A stretch of 64,000 bases of DNA from the human T2T-CHM13v2.0 reference genome, Homo sapiens, in NCBI RefSeq assembly GCF_009914755.1, contig NC_060931.1, one strand, 5' to 3'. The notes beneath the pieces were generated by a model that was given only the letters and a program-made list of their open reading frames with translations, searched no databases and was not told the DNA's origin. Below, piece by piece: positions 55,865-64,000 of this stretch. Every line of letters starts with the position of its first letter. Position 1 is the first letter of the stretch. The translations under genes and the position numbers were made by a program.

Positions 55865-57015
55865 AACTTGTTAAATTTTTAATCATTCTGCTCACCTTTT
55901 GCAACCTTACTGACTTTTGTGTCTACCTTATCTAGCAGTGGCTGAAATTTCCTTCTATGATTATAGATTTGTCTGTTATTTCTTATAGATTTCTCAATAT
56001 TGCTTGTATTATTATTTTAAGTTAATACCATTAGGCATAAAAATTCAAAATTGTTATCGCTTACTGAATAAATAAATCTTAATCTATTATCAAGTAATTC
56101 TTTTTCTTTAGAAATCGTTTCTGACTGTAAGTTTGCTTTGTTTGAACTTTTGTAGCTACTACATACATATACATATATATGCAGTAGCTACAAAATGTTT
56201 TAACTACACTTAAAGTTTTACATTTTTAAAATTAATTATTTTATTTTATTTTGAGTTGACACATAATTGTACATATTTATGGAATACCGAGTGATACTAA
56301 TCAAAAGAAAGCTGTTTTTTTTTTCTGCTATTAATATCAAAGTTTTGGGATTGTTAATGAGATAACTTAATGTATTAATAGGATATCTTTCTTTCTCATT
56401 TGACTTTCAATTCGATATGGATTTACCATGGGGAATCCTAGCTTCTATGATACCTGCAGAGACAGGAGAGAGGAATCTTTATTCTCTACCTTCTGCCAGA
56501 AGTATGGAGTACTGGCCCTGCCTGGGGGTCATCCTTCACACTATGATGATGATATTGGGGTTCCCAGCTAGCTGAGGGCCACTACTGACAGGCACCTATT
56601 GTCTGGGTGCCCCGTGACAACCTGCCCTTGGTGGGCCTTATTGAACCTTGGGACCCTAAGTTTGACTACAGTGAGAAAGATCTGAATGAGACTCTGGTGA
56701 GTCGCTTCTGGGGAACCAGTAAAACCTAGGTTTTAAAACAACTTTTCTCCCTAAGAATTGGCTAAGTGAGGTTAGAGAGAGAAAGAAGACCAGGATATTA
56801 TCAAACGGCTGAAAATCTCAAAGAGCTTAGCCCCTGGAAAGAAGCACACCTATGCTAGAAAAGGCAGATGTGGCATTAACTATTAACACTTGTGAAACTG
56901 AAATATTTTATTTTTGAAACTGTTAATAATCACAACCACCATGATAGAGTATAATGCATAAAATTGTTTTTCTATAATCTGTAATATAATGAAAATCAGT
57001 CACAATATGCAATAG

Positions 57016-58473
57016 TGTTATGGGATCTTTGGGATGTCCATTTTCTGGCTGGAAACTTCTGTGGCTCATGGCACCTTTGCCTGAGTTTTTGTCCTGCATC
57101 CGGGAAGAATGAGGTATACAAACAAGTGAAGTGTGAGCAAGAGGAAGATGAGCTTTATTAAGTGTTAGAACAGCTCAGAGGAGACCAGCACTGGGTAGCT
57201 CCTCTCGGTAGGCAGGTTGTCCCATCAAGTGTTAAGCTCTTAGCAGAGAGCAGGCCCTGGAGAGAGCAGCTCCTCTCCGCTACTGGTCCTCCCAACTCCC
57301 CTGTAGGTTTCTGAAGCTCTCAGCAGAGAGGGAAGTTTCTCTCTGCAGCCGGCCTTCCTATCATCTCTCCATTCTCTCCGTCCTCTGCCCTGCTCTGGCT
57401 GAGCCTGGGATTTTTATGGACATCAGAGGGCAGGAAGTATTTGTTGATTGGTCCATGGGCAGCCGTGGGCCCTGGAAGAGACACCACAAGTCCCCATTCC
57501 TTCTGCGGGACCAGCAGCCCAGTCTGAAGATGGGTCCTTACCAGGACCCACCCACTTCAGCCCAGGAACCTGTCTGCCTCCCGTGGCTGCCCATGGCATG
57601 CAGGCTGCTGATACCAAAGAGCACATGCAAGCCAGCACCCAGCTTCCCCCAGTTCCCCGACAGATTCCCCTCCCCGCCCTCCTCATACCCAAACTCCGGA
57701 GGGAGCCTAGGTAGCAGGGGGCTGGCATGTCTGCACTGCTCCCAGCATGCACACACCAGGCTGGGTTGTGACGGCACCCTGGCTCAGCCCCAACCCCGCT
57801 CAGAGATCAGAGCGGGAGCCAAGAGCAGGGAGAGGTCAGGCAGCGGAAGCAGGACCCCTTGCCCTCCCACCCTGCAAGGGCAAGGGGCGCCTTCCCAGGA
57901 CCCCCAAAAGTGCGTGGATGCCTGTGTCTGCAGCCCAGGTTTGGGTGGCTGGAACAGGGCTCCTGACTGCTCCGTGAAGTGGGATGCCCAGATCAGCAGC
58001 CACTCTTTGCTCCTGCCTACTCCATGCTCCCAAGAGCACAGGGGTGCCTGGTTGCAGTTGCAGCTTGAGTGGCTGCAGTTGCACCTGGGGAGCTCCCGCC
58101 CCTACACCTTGGAAGGGACAGGTGTCCCTCCTGTCCCTGGCTGTCACTAGCTCAGTGGAACACAGCATCCAGCCACATACCCTAGCAACCTGGGGCAGAG
58201 GTTCCAGGTCTTCGCTAGGCCTGGGCCGGCATCTGGGGCGGGGGCAACGTTGCCATAAGATCCCTCTGTGGCCCTGGCGTTCAGGGTCAGCCCAGAGCTA
58301 CCCCTCGCCGGCCGCGACCTGGCAGGGCCACTTTGCTGCGGCCTTCAGGGTGGTGGGCTGCAGGGCGGGGGGGGTGTCCGCCTCTTCCTTGTATTCTCCC
58401 TGCAGCGGCTGGTGTGATGGCAATGGCGGCCCCAGATGGCCCGCCGGGACCAGATGGCCTGAGACTGCCATCA
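57016..58473 (-). mobile_element. MER52-family GC-rich solo LTR
   Basis: Ends tgttatgggatctttggg ... ctgccatca; minus-strand AATAAA near 57154; flanks atag / ataa. Confidence 0.85.
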
Positions 58474-58669
58474 ATAATAAAGAAAAAGATATACTATTTT
58501 ACTTGATTTATGATTTATGTGGTATTTATGCATGTTTGAAATCTACAATTTCTCATTCTAAGTATTCATTTTTGCTGCTAACATTACATTGATAATTTTT
58601 AATATTTTTGGAGGTGCCCTAAATTGTATATGTCTCAGTTCACACAAAACATAGACCTACCTCTGCATT

Positions 58670-60030
58670 CAGCTTTTGATATCATTATATTTATGAAATA
58701 TTTCTTGTAAAGAAGCAATTAATTAGGTATTCCATATTTATTCTAATAATCTGTGGAACATTTGTTGTTTAGAAGTGATACAAAATCTTTTTTGCTCCCT
58801 ATCCTGTTTTTCTATCCATTTGTATTTTTGGAATGTATGATTGTTAGCCCATATTTCATTTTTATCTTCTATCTTGTCTGCTATTTTGTCATGCATTGTG
58901 TTAGAAATTATAATATTCATAAATACTAGTGTGCAAGTTGAATTAATACCGTTACTACCTTTTAAGAAAATAAAAACAAAAACAGTGCACTTTAATTCTA
59001 TCCACTTTTCTCTCATTTTGTTATTTTGTTATGCATTTTAATGTCATCTTTTATGAATTTATTAACTATAATAATAAACAATTAGAATACCATTTATTAA
59101 GAGTTAGATAATATCTAATTTGCTTATTTTTATGCAACTTGTTTATATTTTAAAACCAGTTGAACAATTTCATGCCTTCTCACATCTCAGACTTTCTATT
59201 TTAAAATACTTTTCTCATCTGAGAAGAATGTTTTTAGAATTTTCTTTGATGGGTTTCTGCTAATAGCACACTTAGCTACTTTTTTTTTGTCAAAATTAGT
59301 TTGTTTTACCCTCTACTTAAAAAATAAAAGATAAAACCAAAAGCAATGTACTGGACACACAGTTCAAGGTTGGCAGTTACTTTCTTTCATTACATCGAAT
59401 TATGGCTTATTTTTGCTTTCCATTGTAGCTATTGAAAAATTGGGTGTGCAGTCAAAGAATTTTTAAAAAACCTTCTAGATATTCATTAAATCAGTTAATA
59501 TAAGTTATTACTATTGAAAATGTTTGAGCCGTCACAATTTCAAGTAATTTCTCTGTTACATTCATTTCTCTTCTCCTTCTAGAACTCTGATCTTACATAT
59601 CACACTATTCTTCATATCACTCTCATCATTCTAATCTTCATTTCTGTCTCTTTTTTGATAATTACTTTAAACTTTTGTTAAAGTTCAATAATTTTCTATT
59701 AAACTCTATTCAATCTCCTAAATCTATCCTTGAGTTTTGATTTCAATTGTGTTTTCCATTCTAGAAATGAAATTTGGTTCCTTTTTTTAAGTATGTTATG
59801 TCATTTATTATGTTTCTTGCTCCCTGCCGACATTGTCAATCTTGATTTTTATTCCTTAAAATATATCAGGCATTGTTATTTTGTTGTATTATTTGATAAT
59901 TCCACTGTTTAAAGTTCTAGTGCTCTATTTATTAATTTGTTACTTCTGCTTATTCTTACTCTACTCTTGTTTACAACGAGGTTTTGTCCACTGTATGATG
60001 CTAGGTTTCTTCAGGAAATTATATGTGGAG
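58670..60030 (-). mobile_element. Degenerate old L1ME sequence
   Basis: T-rich strand; caaggttggcagttacttt...ttccattgtagctattgaaaaatt; cattctagaaatgaaatttggttc. Confidence 0.5.
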
Positions 60031-60699
60031 GATCTCTGTGGCCCAGGATGAGGGTCCCACAGAAGATTTTTAGGTACTTATGGCTCTTAAATCTACTCTG
60101 TGATTTGATTTGGGCTTGTAAATGTTCAGAGGCCCAGTTTATATTTCTAACTTCTCTGGGGTTCTACCAATCCTCTACTCTTCTCACAGCCAAAGCAATT
60201 ATCTTTACTCTTGCCTGGTTGAGGAAGGTAAGTGAACTAAAATTACTCCATAAGAAACTGCTCTGGAGGCCTATAAGGGACTCAGTTGTGGACAAGATAA
60301 GTTTAGGTTGTCTATTAACGTTCCAAAGGGGGAAGTCAAGGAGGCAACGGGATATGCCAAAAAGAATTTCACTACAAAGGTCTGGGATGGAGCTATAATA
60401 TTAGGGATAGAAAAATATAGGTGGTTTTCCTCTGATGAAGTAAATAGGTACAGCCTCCAGGGTAATTTTTTAAAAAGATAAATTAGACCAGGTCATTCTT
60501 TTTTTAAAAGTCTCCTCAATCACTTTCTATCAATCAGTAGAGTAGAATCTAAACTCATGAATATAGTTTATATTCTAGTTTAAAAGACATCGCGTTATTT
60601 AGTCCTCATCACCTTTATGGATCTTGTCTCTTTCTACTCTCATATTGGTGAATTAAGCTGGAATTACATTTTTCTTCTCCCTTTTTCCCTATCACACAT

Positions 60700-62408
60700 G
60701 AAAGAAAAATGAAATTGGACCCATATACCAATCACAAAAATCAACTCAGTGGATCTGAAACTGTAAAACTCCTAGAAGTAAACATAGGGGTTAAACCTTG
60801 TTGACAATAATTTTTCTTAGACATGATAAAAGCACAAGCAATAAAAGCAAAAATAGATAAGTGGGACAACATCAAATTAAGAGACTTCTGCAAGGAAATC
60901 ATTAACATAATGAAAAGGCAATCTACAGACTAGGAGAAAATATTTGCAAGCCATGTCTCTCGTAAGGGGTTAATATCCAAAATATATAAGGTACTTCTGC
61001 AACTCAGTAGCACCCACAAAAAATAACCTGATTAAAAAGCAGGCAAAGGACATCAATAGACATTTCTCTAAAGAAGATATATAAATATTCAACAGATATA
61101 TGAAGAAATGTTAAATATCATTAATGATCAGAAAAAAATACAACTCAAAGCCACAGTGAGATAGCATGTCATACCTGTCAGGATAAGATCATATTTGTAA
61201 AAGTCACAGATGATAGTGAGGAAATGGAGAAATTTGAAGCCAGCTGGCATTGTTGGTGGAATGTAAAGTGGTACAGCCACTGTGGAAACCAATATGAAGG
61301 CTCTTCAAAAAATTAAAATAGAATTGTATATGTCTCAGTTCACACAAAACATAGACCTACCTCTGCATTCAGCTTTTGATATCATTATATTTAGCCTGTA
61401 CCAGGCTATCTAGTACCAGGCTACCATATTATGCAGCAATCTCACTTCTGAGTATCTACCCAAAATAATTGAAATATTGAAGAGTTATATGCATTCCAAT
61501 GTTCACTGCAGCATTATTCACAATAGTAAGATATGGAAAAAACGCAAATGTCCATTAATTGATGAATTGATTTTTAAAATGTGGAAAACTGAACACAGTG
61601 GCTCACACCTGTAATCCTAATATTTTGGAGACTGAGGCTGCAGGATCACTTGAGGTCAGGAGTTTGAGATCAGCCTGGACAACGTAGCCAGATGTGGTGG
61701 CATACCCTTGCAGTCCCAGCTACTGGGAGGCTGACGTGAGAGGATCACATAAACCCAGGAGTTCAAGGCTGCAGTGCACTAGGATCACCCCACTGCATTC
61801 CAGCATGGGTGACAGAGTAAGACCTCATTTTTAAACAAAAAAAAAAATATGGTACATACATACAATTAAAAATTGTTCAGTCTTTAAAAAGAAAAAAACC
61901 CTGCTATTTGTGACAACACAGATGAACCTGAAGAAGCATTATGCTAAGTGAAATAAGCCAATCATAGGACAAATGCTGCATTATTCTACTTATGTGAATT
62001 ACCTACAATTGTCAAATTCACAGAAGCAGAGAATAGAATGGTGGTTAGCAGGGGCTGCCTGCTAGAGGAAAGGGAAAATGAGGTGGGGAAACGGCAAATT
62101 TTTATTCAATTATTTTAAAGTTACAATTATGCAAGATGAATTACTTACAGAGCTGTGCTGTATAGAATAGTGCCTATAGTCAATAATAAGCACATACAAC
62201 TTTGTTAAGAGGGCAGAGCCTATGTTAAATGTTCTTACCACAAAACAACAATAGAAAGCAAAGGGACACAAGGAAACTTGGAATTGATAGCTATGTCTAT
62301 TACCTTGATTGTGGTGATGGTTTCATGGTTCAGGCACATACCCAAACTTATTGAATTCTGTATATTAAATATATGTGGATTTTTGCATAGCAATTATGCC
62401 TGAAAAAA
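60700..62408 (+). mobile_element. L1MB-type LINE 3' portion, containing a templated insertion and an AluJ
   Basis: gaaattggacccatatacc...aaaaggcaatctacagac...; 3'UTR aaagggacacaaggaaacttgg...ccttgattgtggtgatggtttc. Confidence 0.85.
61587..61847 (+). mobile_element. AluJ with the middle linker deleted
   Basis: gtggctcacacctgtaatcc...aggagttcaaggctgcagtg...polyA; TSD aaaat(g/a)tgg. Confidence 0.9.
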
Positions 62409-62724
62409 GAGGTGCCTTTTTACAATTTTGTTTAAAGTTAAGAATAAAAAAACTCAGAAAAGGGTGCTTTTTATTGCTACCATATACTGAGAAGTCTGAA
62501 TAATAGCAGTGATAAAATACTCTCTCAAAAATCTTTGCTGTCTAAATTGTGAAATTTTGAATAGAGGAATTTGAAGTTCCAAGTTGAAGTTTTAGTGGTT
62601 TAGATGAGGGACCTGTGTTTAGATAAATGGCTTTGAATAGCTTGATAATGTCATTAAATAGGACTCATGTGCTAAGTGTAGACAAATAGTAAAGAGTGAG
62701 CTATTTTGGGGTTTCTGAATATAG

Positions 62725-63465
62725 GTATATCAATCAAGGTCCTATCAGGATACAGAAACTACAGTTATTTACACAGGCAAAATTTAATAAAAGATACTAT
62801 TAACAGAAGATTGGAGTAATGGGGATTGTCTAATAAGAGTGAAAGAGACACAAGAATAAAGAGAGATTACCACCTCTAGGATAGAGATAAAACACCCAAG
62901 CAAAGTCCAGCTCTTATCAGGGCTGATATTCAGATGGTATTGAAGTGGGTACTGCTGCAGTTCAGTAGAATATGAAGAGGTTCACTGGGATGCTTTCAAG
63001 ACTCCCTGAAAATCAATGCTGTGAAGAAGCTCTCCTCAGTGGAGTGTGCACCTGCAGCTCACTGCAAAGCTGCCAGTGTGGATGCTGGAGGAGCCATCCA
63101 AAGGCAGGTGCCTCACTGGCAGCACTCCACTACAAGCCCATCCGATGGGAGTGTGTATAAAATGGGAAACTGTTCATGAGTGCCCTGCCCGACTCCCACT
63201 CTGCTGTGAAGCCACAGCCACACAAGAAATATATGCCAGAAGCTGTCCAGTACCTGCTGAAAAAAAAAAAAAGCCCAATTTGCAGACACCTGATGAAAGG
63301 GCTGCACTGGGTTGAGGAAGAGAAACCCTTTCTTCCTCCAGTGTCTCTCCAGTGCCAGGCTATATGACAAGGGGAAAACACTTGCAGGCTCCAGCTCCAC
63401 TGCCACAGAGCAGTCAAGGAAAGGTGGATTTTGAGTTCCGAGGCAATAAATTGGTAAATGGCACA
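62725..63465. mobile_element. Ancient LTR (LTR78-like)
   Basis: tcaaggtcctatcaggatacagaaac...cttcctccagtgtctctccagtgcc...gaggcaataaattggtaaatggcaca. Confidence 0.55.
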
Positions 63466-64000
63466 GTAGGTAAATAAAATACAACATCTCATTTTCCAAG
63501 AATATGTGAGGTAGGTTAGGGAAATTCAAATGAAGTGCATTTTCTCAAAATCTGTTTTATTTTAATAGTGTGTATTAGCACTGTTTTATTACCTTTATGA
63601 TCGTTGCCTTCTGCATGGAGCTTAATTAATGGAACTTCTAATTATTCAGTCAGCCTCTGTCTCTTCATCCTCGGATACCTGTGTTTGTTTTTTTGAGTAG
63701 GAAGAGCCTGATGATTTTAGAATTCTATGAGCTTTCTTCAAGAGGTTCATATTTCCAGCCTATGTGGAACATATTTCTACATTTAAACAATAAATTAGAA
63801 ACAAAACTATGATGGCACAGTGACTATAAAGATAAAACAAACTCAGGTAATTATATTCTATTATTCTATGCAGCAATTTGGCATTTTTATTGAAGATTAA
63901 AACTTAAAACAAGAAAACAGTGTCGCATGTGAGCTGTAATTTTTTAGTGATAATTACAAATTTCATTTTATATATGAAATGCATGTGTTTCATGTTATAA

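Noticed and set aside
57416-58592. Cluster of long overlapping ORFs and apparent CpG island
   Set aside because: Lies within the GC-rich MER52 LTR, where stops are rare; ORFs occur on both strands and look random
59937-60398. 153-aa ORF
   Set aside because: Non-ATG start, begins in T-rich decayed L1 sequence, no recognisable domain
62972-63529. Several overlapping ORFs on both strands
   Set aside because: Within an ancient LTR-like element

Overview
AT-rich primate genomic DNA, most likely hominoid or human, because two L1PA3-type 3' ends are present. Roughly half of the window is transposable elements: a truncated L1PA3, an internally deleted L1PB1, older L1M/L2/MIR fragments, five Alus, MaLR and ERV1 solo LTRs, and a complete MER57 provirus (two LTRs, tRNA-Leu PBS, PPT, 4-bp TSD) hosting LTR2B-type and LTR17 (HERV-W) solo LTRs. 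No complete gene is visible. There is one convincing plus-strand coding-like exon (829-1030) and weaker downstream exon candidates, which suggests the window lies in the large introns of a gene I cannot name. The most notable unexplained items are a protein-like minus-strand ORF at 21203-21517, whose frame continues across an interrupting L1, and a 72-bp perfectly templated insertion with Pol-theta-like junction scars at about 61.3 kb. Repeat subfamily names and viral comparisons are from recall of consensus sequences, not from database searches.
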